The translations under genes were made by a program, and so were the position numbers. The notes under the pieces were generated by a model. The model ran no database searches, was not told where the DNA came from, and saw only the letters and a program-made list of their open reading frames with translations. Positions 26,083 through 43,021 of a stretch of DNA of 64,000 nt are shown here, piece by piece (positions within the stretch are counted from its first letter, which is position 1; every line of letters starts with the position of its first letter). Location of the stretch: assembly GCA_040954595.2 (NCBI GenBank), contig CM082588.2, forward strand, positions 3,660,156 to 3,724,155, written 5' to 3'. The DNA is from Balanoglossus misakiensis (Eukaryota > Animalia > Hemichordata).

Positions 26083-29000
26083 TCAAACTGTCTGGGTAAT
26101 TTGCTGTATGGATAATTAAAATATACCGTATTAAATCCACGTCATTGCTGAGTGAATTTAGTCCAGAGAACTGGAATTGGTCGAGCGTGTTGTGTCTGTC
26201 TGCTTCTTCTTGTCGTGCGGTATCCTCGCACTTGGTGAAATCCCGTTTGACAGTGGCGTGGTGACTCCACCAGATATTGACGGCGATGTTTCTGTCGTAC
26301 GACCGAACTTGATGTACCCTGAAATGATTTGTTAGATTAAGTCGTCGAGCGGTGATTGTTCTGGCAATCATTTCCTATGGCAACTGTTCGTTCGTTGTTC
26401 GATCGTTCGCTCGCTCAATCAATCAATCACTAATAACTCACCTTTCTCCATCCAATAGTCCACCCACCCGTCCACAAAACAGCCCCACCCCTTCCTGTCT
26501 GACAAGTCCATCCATCCATCCATCCATCCATCCATCCATCCATCCATCCAACCAACCAACCCACACCCAGACCCAGACAGCCACTCACGTGTGCCATACA
26601 AAACAGAATATCTCCAACAACACACAAGTCTCACCATTTGTAGGGAATAAACAGACAGTCTCCAGCTTCCAGGCGGGCATGGTGATACTCCACGTCTTTA
26701 AATCCGGGATAACGAGTGTAGTTAACACTGTCAAATGACACAATGATCGTTACTTATACATGAAAACAGAATGCGGTCAATCTACGACAATGTGGTTCGA
26801 TTAAAAAGACATGTCATTCACGTGATTTAATTCTTGTTAATCCATTTTTCATTCCTGTCAATTCCATTCACTGCTCTCACCCCCTCTCAACCCCCCACTG
26901 ATCAACCAATCAACACTCGATGATTCACTCACCTATCAACATCGACGCCGCAATAATTTCCCTCTGGATGGTCAATATGAATCTAGTTTGTCGAAAAAAA
27001 AGAAAAAAAAGTCGTGATTCGGCAGCTCCATGTTCCACTAAGTGTGCCTTCGTGTCCCGTAACCATAATTAACCTAAAATCTCTATTTTGGGGTTGACAT
27101 TTTCCGTCATGTCGAATTAATCCAACTTAATGGCGTTTCCATTTAACATGTAAAATGTGGCTCCATTTTGTGATGAAAAGTGAAGAAACGTTATATTTTC
27201 ACCCGCCAGATTTACTTTAAAGCGAAAGTTATATGACGTCAATGGACGTTAAAATAACAAGTGAGTGCGTCTTGGGTGCTATTTGAAATCTGGGTTACCT
27301 GAGGCAGGCCACGGAAATTAAATTTTGCGTTTCACGTCTTCGTTCGCCTATACTACTGACACCGTCACACTGAAAAATCTCCAAGCTAAATTTGATTGTT
27401 CGGCAGAATTCAACGACAAGGTCATTCCATGTACGGGGATGACAGTAAGTATAACAAATACCATATTTTCAATTTTAACGACTTAATCAAAATATTAAAG
27501 GTCTTGAAATCCCAAAGGAGAAATTCGTCATCTAACCGATATTGTGTGAAACGGACCCAACCGCAATGTACATAATGCTCTTACGAGACTCAATTACAGT
27601 GTGTAAAGAAAAATGATGCATTACAGCTTTAGTTAAAACGACAGTCCCTGGAAGATCCTGAGGCTGCACAGCATGTTGTCGTGAGCTAACGATTCAGTCA
27701 GCACTGACCTGTCACATTATCGCGCGGCAGCCATTTTGAATGTCAACAATTCTCGAGACAATACTTTTTCTATTTCCGTCCCTTGGTTATACTTTCGTTA
27801 AACACTTCTGTTCGTGTCCAGCGTCTTATATTTGAACAATTCCTGTTCGTCTTCGTCTCAGAAGCAACCCACCGTAAACTCACAAATCGGCACTTACTTT
27901 GTCGGCATATTTGATGGGATCGATGAGAACAACATCTTTACTGCCGCTAAAGACGCAGTTAATATTATCCACGGCGTCGAAGTGCACAACAGACTTTGTG
28001 CCGCCACTGCTGAACCACATTATCTGAAGAAAAAAGAACAGACACTTCAAAAAATATCCTCTCTTTAATTTATCATACCAGGTTGACGTAGCAAAGACAA
28101 CCACCTTTCGAGGTATACGGCTACAAAGCTAGAACTATGAACCAGACTGTAAACGTGTACATTGTGTTCATATTTTCCATAACCAGCTGACATTACGTAA
28201 GCGTAAACGGGCCTCACCGTTTCCAGCAAAACGCCGTTCAGTTCCAAGCATTGTAAAGGCGGTGGTAGCAAAACGTCTTTCCTGAATCGTAAAGAAAGAC
28301 AAAGATGGTAAAAAAAATTCATTACTATTGTATCATAGCAGTTACTCCTCATCCCGACCATTAATATATGGCGCGGTGTTTTTTCCACAATGTTTTTGCA
28401 AATATTTAAGAGTCAAATAATATTGTGGTTATTTTTCAAGGCAGATTTAAAAAAACGTGTCTCCGGGGGGCAGTAAAGAAAGACAGCGAATAAATGAAGC
28501 GTTCGTATTTTATTAAAATATTTAAAACTTAATAAAATATGAATACGTGACCGACGGGAATACAATATATATTGTTCTCTAAGAAAAAGAAGGCTAAACA
28601 AAGGAACTAATGAAATATACACACTGTAATATCAATCCCGACAGTCTTTTGTTGTTGTTGTAATATCAGCATCCGATATTTCAATTTCCTCTCGGCGGTG
28701 ATTAAACAATGTAATATTGATAATGTGGAGACGAGCCGAAAGGAATGAATGAATAAAATGAGGCGTCCAGTGGATCATTTTATGGACCTTTAGCTGCTTT
28801 TCCGTTTTGATGAGAAAATGGGATCATAAAAATGACAAGAAGTCCAGCGTTTTAAAGAGATATCCCCTCTCAGCGCTGGAGTACATGGAAGGACTTCCGT
28901 TTGGGCGGTTTGGTTGTTTGCGCAGTCTAGCTGTGGGTATAGGCTATTGGTTGTGAAGACAGGGCATAACTGTGTTATATTATCAAGTAGCGGTTGAATC

Positions 29001-31010
29001 TTTAAAAGTGAAGTAGTATTATGAGTGTACAGGTTAAGGAAAGAGGAAGAAACTGAAACTGTGTTACACGTCATCGAATCTCCCTAATGCGGCGTAAAAT
29101 AAACACTTGAGCAAGATGAAGAGAAGTACTGTTCTTCGTTACTAGGCAACGCATGCATCATTTACTGGTTAAAGACACGTCAGTGATGAAATTTTCCCAG
29201 TAATTTGTTTTGTTTCTTCGCCCGTTCATGATTCGTTATCTCCTTTGCTTGACTTATATGACGCGGGTTTTGGCTCAACGGAAGCTTGTAGTGACAAGAT
29301 GGCAGAAGGTTCAAGAAATTACCACGCCATATGGTCTCTTGTTGTACTCAAATACTAGTGATGAGAAGATGGGTTTATGACTTAGATGACTTTAAGGAAG
29401 GATCGATTTCATGTACAATGTACACAATATTCACATTTTAATACCGTTTTCTTCACCATTCGTGGGGAGCTCACTAGGTTGTCCAATTATTCTATAACTG
29501 CGAAACTGTACATATTATATGAAAAGTGAATTTGTTATCGGCGGATTATTCACTCGACTGATCCCGGTTCTCGGAAGTTGACCTTTCCTCTAGTGACAGA
29601 CGGTCAACATAACGCGGAAAGCTCACTGTAATCCCTCTCTCCCTCCCCCCTCCCCCCCCATTCCTTTCATAAGCATCTCACATTTATACCCACGCCGGCT
29701 TTACTACTTTTTCCGTGCAGTTAATCGGCTGAGACGATCTAAATTCTCGGTTCACATCTGCGTTTTCCGTGACCTGAAACTAAAGCGTCCATGAAGGGAC
29801 TCAATCAATTTCATGTCATACGTTGTCAACAATATTCATTTTCTTAAGCGCGAACACTTTTCCTGTGTATAGCTGTTGTACTTTCCTGATATTTGATAGT
29901 CTGATACTTGCGAGTCAAAATGACCACTGGTAGTGATCGCAGTAGAAACGATTTTTCTCCGCACACAGTACTCCTCGTTGTAGTCGTGAAAGGTTGCATA
30001 GGATTCATAATCTGAAAATTTGACAGCCAAAACGGCTTAATTGTGGGATTATTGCGAAAATAAGCCGACTGTGTGAAAAGTGATGTATTCCCCCATGCAC
30101 TATAGTATTGCCATGGCAATGTAGGTTTTCACATCAGACAACAAGAAAGGTCTCATTATACGCTAAGTCTAAAAGCCAAAGGAGATGGCAAATTTCACAC
30201 TATTGCTATGACTGTTGCCGTTTATAAACGGCTTTAATAAGCGCCGCCTTCGCCGGCACAACCCCCAAAGCGTATTACGGTGGTGGGTGGAAGGGGTGAA
30301 TGAAACGACAAAGGTAACCTTTACTCATCGTCTTCCTGGACTGTCGCGTGCTTTTTTCCTGCATGCGTCAACTGTCTATTTTAGCTCGTTTGAGTTTCGC
30401 CTCACGCGCCTGAGATTTGTATGAATCCTGTATTAACTCTCAGCATCCGCGTCCCTATCAAATCACGGACCCTAAAAGAGTTGACAAAATGACTAATTTT
30501 CAAAAATATAAAATTCGCCATGAAAACGGGTTGTCTGTCCGCCCGCCTGTATGTGGCTTATGTATCTCTATATCTATTACTGCTGGTGTCGGCAGTTTGC
30601 AATTATTGTGGTTTATGATGACTGGCATACCTTAAGAAGTCGGGTACACTGTTGACTAAGTACAGGTCGCCGCTTCTGTATTCTTCCACGAACTGTTTCA
30701 GAGCCATCGACTCAACAGGCAGCGTTCTATTCTCCTTCTTCCCGTGTTCAACTGTCACCTCGAAATATTCAGACTCCACCAGCCCAAGGAAATACTCGTC
30801 GGTCCACAGAGAGAACGCCGGCGACTGCTTCGCGGCGCCTCTGAAGACGAGAGGTTTTGACCCCAAGACGAACTCGGTCAGAAAAGTGAAGCCCGCTGGC
30901 CAGGTGTCCGTCGCGTGCACGTGTAGTGGCCGGCCAGTCGACCCAAACCTCTGATCAGACGATGTTCCGGCACACAGAAGCACTGTCAACAGGCAACGGA
31001 GTTCCCACAT
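25339..31010 (-). CDS. JmjC/cupin-8 oxygenase with signal peptide, EF-hand motif and C-terminal REEL; paralogue B, about 423 aa
   Basis: Exons (-): 31010-30631, 28281-28218, 28023-27898, 26982-26933, 26727-26635, 26318-26127, 25930-25804, 25674-25603, 25506-25339 (1272 nt). Signal [18 protein letters not shown]; [21 protein letters not shown]; [15 protein letters not shown]; EF loop [12 protein letters not shown]; ends AVREEL*. Confidence 0.88.
25995..26082. repeat. (CAT)n microsatellite, intronic
   Basis: Near-perfect CAT run in JmjC-B intron 6. Confidence 0.97.
26507..26562. repeat. (CCAT)n/(CCAA)n microsatellite
   Basis: Seen directly; JmjC-B intron 5. Confidence 0.95.
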
Positions 31011-31427
31011 GGCGCTTTTCAGCAGACGAGCCAGGAGCCGTCCCGTCAAAATACCTGTAAAGACGACTTTCCCCCAAAACACGTTCAGATTATTTGCAGT
31101 ACATGAATAGGTGCGGTGAACCCGGAAATACAGACGGTGACAGCCTGTGTATTATGCAAATAATCTCACTCGTTACTTGCGTATATCACGAGTCACTTCC
31201 AAGAGAAGCCCTTAAATCGATATGTGATACTTGTTGTACGCCACGGGGCAGCTGTCACCTCAATTTCTACCTTTCGTTCATTAATTTTTGATTCGTGTAC
31301 GGTACAGAGACGCCAAAATACCCGGAGGACGTTAATATGCTATCACGTTTCGCAGACTGGGGACATGCGTGCGTATCATGAGATTAGCTTAGGCTCTACT
31401 GCGAGATTTATGTTACTTAGCTGGTGA

Positions 31428-31681
31428 GGGGGGGGGGGGGGTTACTTCCATAGAAAAGTGTACGGATATTTGCCGACTGGAGTCAAGCGAAAGTCAAGTT
31501 GTGCGATTAATTGCCAATTTAGGCGACTTAGCTATGATACAGCTCGCAAAATTGATTGGCATTTCGTTCTAGCTTAGGGCAAAGCCATTTGCGGGACGGT
31601 GCGGAACTTATGTGTGAAAATAGCCGACTCTGCGTGAAAAACTCATCGTTGTAATTATTTCAATCAACCCCCCCCCCCCCC
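31428..31681. mobile_element. Non-autonomous element with G14TT ... AAC14 inverted termini
   Basis: Perfect 16-bp inverted ends (31428-31443 and 31666-31681) around a CpG-containing 220-bp interior; no ORF. Confidence 0.45.
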
Positions 31682-32270
31682 GCCGCCACATAATACGTGG
31701 TTCACCCCTTACCCGCCAGTGACACGGAGGTGGACGGACTTTGCTTCAGCGGACGAGGAATGGTTTCCAATTTAATTCCTGAGTAGATTAGTTCTCGTAA
31801 ACACGGAGTTATGGTGAAGGATTATTCGGAATATTACCCTGTCGTGGCTGAGGGGCTGCGGCTTACTTTCATGCCACCCAAGGAAATGTTAAAATATTGA
31901 TAAGGATTTTAAACCAGTGAGAAAATTCCCTTGGGTGGCCGTGCTATCAATTACGACCGCTCCTGCATTATGTTCGTCCGGTGCCTTGTTGTTTGTGATT
32001 TTGATAGATACATGTAGATAAACAGATAGGTTCAATTGGTGGATAGATTGATGGAGATAACTCCTATTTCAATTCTAACAAATGCAATATCGGCCATTGT
32101 AAATATGTCTGGGCTAACAATAAAATCAAGCAATGCTGGAGAAACTTTTCATTAAATGCCGGTATCACAGACTATTTTTTTTATTTTTTTCAAAGATGTC
32201 TGCATCACGAGATTCCATTTTGTCAGTTCACAATGGGTTGGTGTTCTCTTTAACTTGTTACCGATAACAC

Positions 32271-32373
<103 letters not shown>

Positions 32374-32456
32374 CATTGTCTGAATTTTACGACACAATTA
32401 CGCAGTTCCTGCAAACTCCTGGAATATCAACACGACTGAAGATTCCCTGGACAGAT

Positions 32457-34983
<2,527 letters not shown>

Positions 34984-35902
34984 CTTGTTGGAGTTCAAAG
35001 GTTACAACTCCCTAGGTAAGCTGTAATAGCGTGTATAACGTTACATAAGGCATGTATTTTGGGGCACTCGGAAAGAGAATTGCATTATCATTGTTCATTT
35101 TACCTTGAAAGGGGCTTTTTAGCCATGAAATCGTTCATATAGGCCGGCCTTATAAATAACATAAATGCAACCTTTCTTCTCTCGGCGCAAACTTATCAAA
35201 ATAATAAGATGGGAGTAAAATATCGGTGTTGTACTAATAGCATAATTAAAACACTGGAAGGCGATTTAGTATATCAAAATATCATGTCCGTTTTATTTCA
35301 TAATTTTGACATTACAAAAATCATGACATTCTTGAGTACCAGAGTACAGGATCATACAAATTATTGAGGTGAGATGACGCCCGATAGACAAAATAGAGAA
35401 CAGTGTCGAGTAAAATACATGTACATGTATTACCGAATAATAACAGTCCCTCTCTGGTGTATAAGTGAAAACACCATCATTAGGACTATAAAAATGTAAA
35501 GCTCTTTTGATTTGTAATTAGAAATAAGAACAAGTGTAAAATTTAAGGGCCCCAAAGAGAGCGCAATATTTAATCATTTAATGATATGAGATGCAGACGG
35601 AAGGAAATCACGATGTCCGTCTTCAAGTATTTGTGTCAGGAGAGAATTCACCTCTGAGTGTATAGAATACAGGTATAAAACTTATAACTGGTTAATCTAT
35701 GCTTTTCGAGTAGGGCGAGAACGAAATCACGTACAATCACTGAGCACACAGGGGTTTGTACTTCTGCGCGCATCAGTTCCTGCGCGATTGCAAACCTTTT
35801 CATAGCACTTGCACGAAAGCAATGATCAGAACAGTGTTCTCATCATCTCTTTCTCTCGCCGGTGCCATGAAAAGGATTTGTGTTCACAGCTTTTATAACT
35901 TT

Positions 35903-38900
35903 TTAGTTCACATTTGCGAAGATGGACACCATGGTAACGGCCAATAGGAGGAGAGCATTTGCGAGGATGGTGACGGCGCCGTCGACAGGACCGCCTCCGA
36001 TTTCTACGGCCTCTGTCTGTCGCATCATCCAGTCGTACGCGTCAGCGTTCTTCTCCCTCAGTCTGGGACCGACCTTTTCCCGCACTTTCTGGTGGTAATC
36101 GTTCAACCAATTCAACTGTGAAACGGGGTGTTAACAAACACAAACAGTGGATTAAAAAACGAAATGTTTCTGTCTTGTAACAAAGCTTACTTAGGGCCTA
36201 AAGGGTCAAAGAAAGCGACTTCGCCCCTTTAAAATTTGCCACCACCACCACCCTCAGCTACCCCACCCCATTACCACACCATCCCACCACCACCAACAAC
36301 AACAAACAAAACAACAATAATAATATTACCTGTTCAGTTGACATAATCTCGTACTTAATCAGTTTGGGCTCGAACGGGACGAAACAAACTTCCTCAAAGG
36401 TAAAATACGTCTGACCCCCAAAGTTATTCTGAAAAATAATTCAAATGAAAAACTATAATGGACACACAATAATATAATATCGCGTGCAGTCTTTTCGAAG
36501 TTGAATTCTCTTTTGAGGAATCGGACAAAGGCATGGACGAACTTCCAAAATGCGGATTTACGACCAGGCTAAAATGAAAATGTTGTTACTAATATGGTGA
36601 CTGAAGCGCCTGGGGAATCACCTTACCTGTGTATCGGCTTCTACAACCATGAAGACTGTTTCCAGACGGACTCCAAAATCGTTGTCTTCGTAGTAACCGG
36701 GTTCTAGGACGAACAGAACGAAAGGCCGTTAAACTGCGTCAGTGTCGGTAAGTTTTTGCTTATTGGTTGAATGATCACAGTTTAGAGAGACTGTGGTTCA
36801 ATTTGAAATTGTGTACACTATTTGAATAAGCTGGATGAATGTCGCTGACCTAACACATCTTTTAGGATTTTCTGACGATTTTTCTCTCATTATTTCACAA
36901 AACTGACACCCTGAGTACAATAGTGACCTACCATTGGACAGGAAGACATTTCCTTCGAGAGCTGTGTAACCCCCAATACTGAAGGGACCTGTATTCATCA
37001 GTTCATGAAATAATAATGAAAAAAAAGTTTTGAAGGTTTAACCACGGTCACGTGGACAGGTCGTGGCTTAACCCATCCACCTGCTGCAGACCTTACCGTC
37101 TGACGAGAACATTCCATACTCCAACGGGGCTTGTCCCTCGCGGTATCCGATGCTAATGCGGTGTGGTCCTAAATTCGAAACAAAGTTTTTTTGTAATTCT
37201 GAAAATGTGGATTTTAGCAGCATGATATGGATGCTGATTGACGCAACTGGGGCGACCACGCGACACGGTTTGATTGAACGATGCACGAACAGACCAGAAT
37301 CAGAAAAGCTAGGGGGTACAATATGGAGTCACTTTCGAAAATTTGTTAGTTGTGTGTTTATCAAGTTTAAAGATGTGATATTTATCCAATCACTGACAAT
37401 TAACTGCCCTTGCGGAGAGATGGAAGCAATGCTTACAGAGAGAGGCGAATTTAACCACAAACAACGTCACATCAAGAATTAAGCATAGCTGGGAAAAGCT
37501 ACCAAGAGCTGGAGAAGGCTATATACTTTCTCTAAGGTCTTGTAATATGTTGATAAACTACGACTACAGCTACGGAAATTTCAACCGGTATAGCATGCAA
37601 CGACGATTAAAGCCAGCATACAGACATGCGTCTTACAAAGAGGTACATATATTTACATTTCTAAGTAAGGTTGTTAGTTCATGCAGTTACTTGTGTTAGT
37701 AGTACAACGAGTACGGAATGTTCTAGACAGACGTCAGGCCATACAGCAACTCTACATGCAGACAACGCTACAGAAAAGTATAGAGACAGAGACAAGTTGC
37801 AGTCGAGACCATTCCTATATTTAAAAGAATAAACAAAGAGAGACAGACTACAAGTAGACATGCACGGTCAGAATCAATGCAAACTAGATTTTACTTTTAT
37901 TAAAGAAAAACACAGTGTTAGTTCAAAAGAAATCGGGAACATATAAACCCCACATCTTGCTGGTGTTATGTTTTTCGTTCTCATTCACAAAAGTTTCGTT
38001 TCACGACAAAATTATTGTCCGGGGTATGTGACACAGTCCCAGAATGTGGACTAAAAATTGCTCCAACCACCCCCCCCCCCCTCTTGACCGACTTATTTCC
38101 CTGTGAACACCAAGTCCTATCAGACAGTCATCAAGACCGCTTCTCTGTCATTTTGTCATGCATTTCAACTGCGGACTGCATGCACAATTTCGACAAATGG
38201 CCCCTCCCACTCACCTTCGTGTACGTTCAACATGGCCCCGAGGCCGTGACCAGTTCCATGGCGATAGTTCCAACCGTAATTCCACAGATGTTGACGGGCG
38301 TGTACGTCGATGTCGCGACCTGGAATACAGAAAATGTCATAGGAAATTATTCTTTACTGACTCCAGATTTGATTGTAATTACATTGTACATACACGTAAA
38401 TACACACACGTCCTTACATACATATCGTATACAAACACACAGTCACACATCAGATATATGCAAATACGACTTTGAAGTCTCATCAATATGGGGGAAAACA
38501 TTTCGTACCGTATGTTCCTTCGGGAAAGACAGATAGTGACAGATCTATGGCCCCCATTAGCACACGTGTGTACGCTTGCTGTAAAGAATCAGAAATATTT
38601 TGAATAAAATACACGATGATATTTACGGAGATGAGAGGTAACTGTTACAGCACGAAAGTTGATCTGTTCACATATCAGTATACTACACTACTTCTCTGGA
38701 CGTTGTTTTGATACTAAGTTTGGATTGCAAATTACCAAGTGGGCTTCTTTTGGGGTTCCGAAGTGCATTGTTCTGGTCGTGTCCGATGTAGTACCACATC
38801 TGAAATACAGTATTGAGCGGTTTGTGAGAAGCCGAATACAGCCGAAGGAAGAATGTCGTCAGTTGGCAACTTCGTGGACCATAATATAATAGGGTGAAAG

Positions 38901-40949
38901 GTCATGTCTGTCTGTCTGTCTGTCTGTCTGTCTGATGTATGTCTGTCTGTCTGTCCGTCTGTCTGTCTGTCTGCCTGCCTGCCTGTCATCCACAAAACAT
39001 ACTTACTTGTATTGTCCACCAGAATCTAACAGATACATATCGTCGTCGGTGATCTGGACATTGGTTTCGTTGGTCGATCTACAGTAAAGATACATGAGTT
39101 ATACTTGCACCAGAAAGACAACGTCGAAAGAACACACATTATATATCTATTAAGAGATATAGCCATCGGCCTTAGGATAGGAAAATACTAGAAACATGAA
39201 CATAATTTTACTTTTTATAATAATTATCTTAATATAATTTTTAAAGCTCTTGATTTTAGGGTGTACATGAAAATAACAAAAAAAACTGATTCTGACGTAA
39301 ACGACTGATCGCAGAGAAAGATGGCGGCACGTCCGGGTGCATGTAAATGAGCCAATATGGACGCGTTTTTTTCATTTCCGCAAATAAAATGATGATAAAA
39401 GATGACTGGGGCTCTTAAAACGGACGTTATGATACAGCAATTTAAGCTTACTGTACACCCCAAAATCAAATACGCTAAAATACATCTAAGGTTACCCTAA
39501 ACCGCTAACTTACGTGTAGTGAATAACAGCTCCATTAGGACCAAAAGCAGAGATAGAACCAAAGCTTGGCATTACGAAATCTGGCTGTTGTCTACATTAC
39601 AAGATTAAACATTATAGATGGGAGTAAAAAGAGTGACATTGCTTTACATCTAGGTACTTGATCTGTGGTCGCGCCACTTACTTATAATGTATGACGGCAC
39701 CGTTCGGTCCGAAGGCCGAAATGGAACCAAAACTGGGCATCACAAAGTCGGGTTGTTGTCTACATCACGGCAGAAAGAGTGGATTAAAAATAAATGGGAC
39801 CGTCATTTCAAAACAGTTGTGATCACCTCTTGTGAAATGTGTGTGTCTGACACACGACAGAGTGCAACGAAAGCTTCTCAGCAGTCGTGTTCTTTCTATC
39901 TCGGGCTTGTACACTTGTAAGTATATGAGAACCCTCACACGGCAAGGAAAATATACAAGAAGCGCAACATGAAATGTGTAAGACATTTCTTTTGGGTTTC
40001 TCTCCAACATCACATACAAAGCACTGTTAATATGATGTGCATAAAAGACAGAGATGTACTCTTACTGTCTGAAAGACACCAGTTTGGCGTCTCCTGAAAG
40101 TTCAGTCACATATTCTCCGGTCTTCACAGCATTCTCTATCCAGTGCAAGAACTCAATCTTTGCAATGGCGTCTTGAATCTAAACACAAAGAAAGATGACG
40201 TAGTGATTGACAGAAATCCAGAAGCTGTAGGCGCAGGCCTATGTTCATAACGCGACTGAAAATTCGACTTTCAACAAAGGTGATGTACTATGTAACAATG
40301 AAAGGTATCAACCCAATGCACACAAACAAAATGACGTAGGTGTATAGTCACTGGGGCATAGAACCCCCTAAGCAAGTGTGTATTCGACTTACATTTCCTT
40401 CCTTCATACCAGCGATTTCGTTCTCGTTTTTCACCGCCTTCATTATTCTGATAGGCACGGCCGCTGAGTATTGTTTACTCTACAAAAAAGGAAAACAAAA
40501 ACAAACTGAATATTTACACACACACACGCACTCACTCACACACACACTACGTATGTACATGTACACCACTATAACCACCATCTAAAAAACGGTTATTCCT
40601 CTATTCTACTCTATTAATCTCACGTTTACAAGCAAAAATATGGATACAAACCTCGTCCACGCTGTTATAGATACCATAGCTTGCCGAGTTGCTGATCCAC
40701 ACCTTGCCTGCCATCCCAGCTTCATTCGCGAGATCAGCCAAGAAATTATCATAATCCTTGAGTAAAAGGCACTTGCTTGAGTCTTGGCTGCATTGGGCTG
40801 CCTGGTCGTCTTGATGAAGGTGTTGATTTATTGCAGGGACGTCAGTTACAAGTTTAGCAACGTTCTTGATGTAGAGACTGCAAGGCAGAAAAGAAAGGTA
40901 TCAAACAGATGCGAAATCATTATCATCATCGTCGTCGTCGTCGTCGTCG

Positions 40950-40991
<42 letters not shown>

Positions 40992-42929
40992 ACAACAACA
41001 ACAACAACAACACAACCGTAACCACCACCACCACCACCACCACCATCACCATCACGAATAACGGCCACTTACATAGTTGTATCTTCTTTGAAGATGGTGT
41101 ACGCAAAGAAAACTGGATTGTATGGAATATCAGCCCCTCTCAAGTTGAATAACCCTAAAACAATAAAAATAAATATTGACTGTAGTGTAATTATAGTTAC
41201 ATGATGTTCCTTGTATCCATAGCATAACAATATGTTTTGAGAATTTTCATGTCATTAAAAGAGATGACAGTTTTCTGTTGCGGTTGGACTATATCACAGG
41301 CGGGGAAAAAACGAAGCGGGAGTACAATTATTTCATGTTGCCTACATGCGGTGTCGTCCAGTGCGTGCAGAACCATCATGTTGGTTTTCGCATTTGCCAT
41401 TTCCGTTCGAACCTCTTTGATTTTATCCCACCAATCTTGTCCTAGAAAAACAAAAATGGCGGATCATATGTGAGCGAGGATGATAAATATGGGTCCGTCC
41501 GACACTGTTGCAGCGACGCATGCCCTATAATTCGCAACACGCAAAACTTCGCTCTCAAAGATCCCAACATTCTCACAATATAACAATATATGAAGCTATC
41601 TGTCTTGTATGTGTATTAGAATTCCTTCATTTTGATAATCGGACCGACGTTGATAGTTGATGGGACCCGGATGTTGTAACGACAAGTATAGTGCTATACT
41701 CAATATGTTGAAACAAACCATCGACAGTAGTCTATGAACAAACCTACATACACATTTAAAGGTTGGAATACTTCATCGGTCCATACAATAAGCTATACAT
41801 TAACAAACCTGTCCATTTCAGCTCCATGGCCATCAATGGTTCATTCGTACAAGCAGGTCTACCCTCCGTCCAGACAATGTCTATTAAATTGTCTGCGTGA
41901 GGATACATTGTTATGTTCTTCCCAGATTTCTCGAAAGCATCTTGGTAATTATCATGGGTACCTACAAGATATAAGTTAAATGGTTGTCAGTGCAAGGGTC
42001 GCTGGAAATGGCGACTGCAAAACGGTTAAAGATGGGTTCCACCACTGGCAAGCAACGACGATGCATAGCGCCACAATAATTTCCGTTGTAAACGATGCTC
42101 ATGGGGAAAGCGTTCACGTGGCGGTTGTCATGGCAGGCGAAACCGAGTCAAGTTCACATTTTCAATAAATTCTGTTCTACTCACTCAGTGACAACAATGT
42201 GGGGTCGAAGGCTACTTTGGTGAAGTCGTCAGCGTCTCCTGACGGAAGAACATCGATCAACCAATCCCACTGGCTGGGTGTACCCGATTCGCCTGAGGAA
42301 AGCGAAGAAGAAGAACAAGAGACCGTGATTATACCGCCACGGGCAATGCAAACGTGATATCACATATTTCTCAATCTGAATTCTTGTGTTTCCACTAACG
42401 TACAGTCCATAGTGGGTTTTATTGGGCAGTTGCAGCATACTGTCTTTTCGGCCGTTGTACAACAAATTGTATTGATGTGGCCGGGTCATGAAACGAGAGC
42501 AGACTGAGTGTTAGGTGGTGCAAATCACACATGCAATAACGAACAAAAAATGCGTTTGAAAGACAGGAAATTAAACGTGACGTCATTACCGCTCCGCATG
42601 AGAATCCAATTGCAGTCCAGCTGTTGTTCGGCTTGCAGAAAGTACCGCCCATCAGTCCATACTGCCGACATGTTAAACGTTACTATGGCTAAACCTGGGC
42701 GGAGAAGAAAAACAATCCATGTATTTATGATTAGGGATAACGTATCGAAATAATAATAATAATGATATCAGCAGCAGCAGCGGCAACAACAACGACAACA
42801 ACAACAACGTTATGGGCAAGAGAACTAACCTGAAGAACCAGTGAGTCCGCTAATCCAGTGTCTTCGCTTGTGACATTCTGCGATGTATTCACTCTGCATG
42901 CAAAGGTGTATGTACAGAGAAAGGGGTAG

Positions 42930-43021
<92 letters not shown>

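Noticed and set aside
40784-41152. ORFs with poly-I/V/N/T and poly-V/L/M runs resembling membrane proteins
   Set aside because: Artefacts of the compound triplet repeat inside an aminopeptidase intron.
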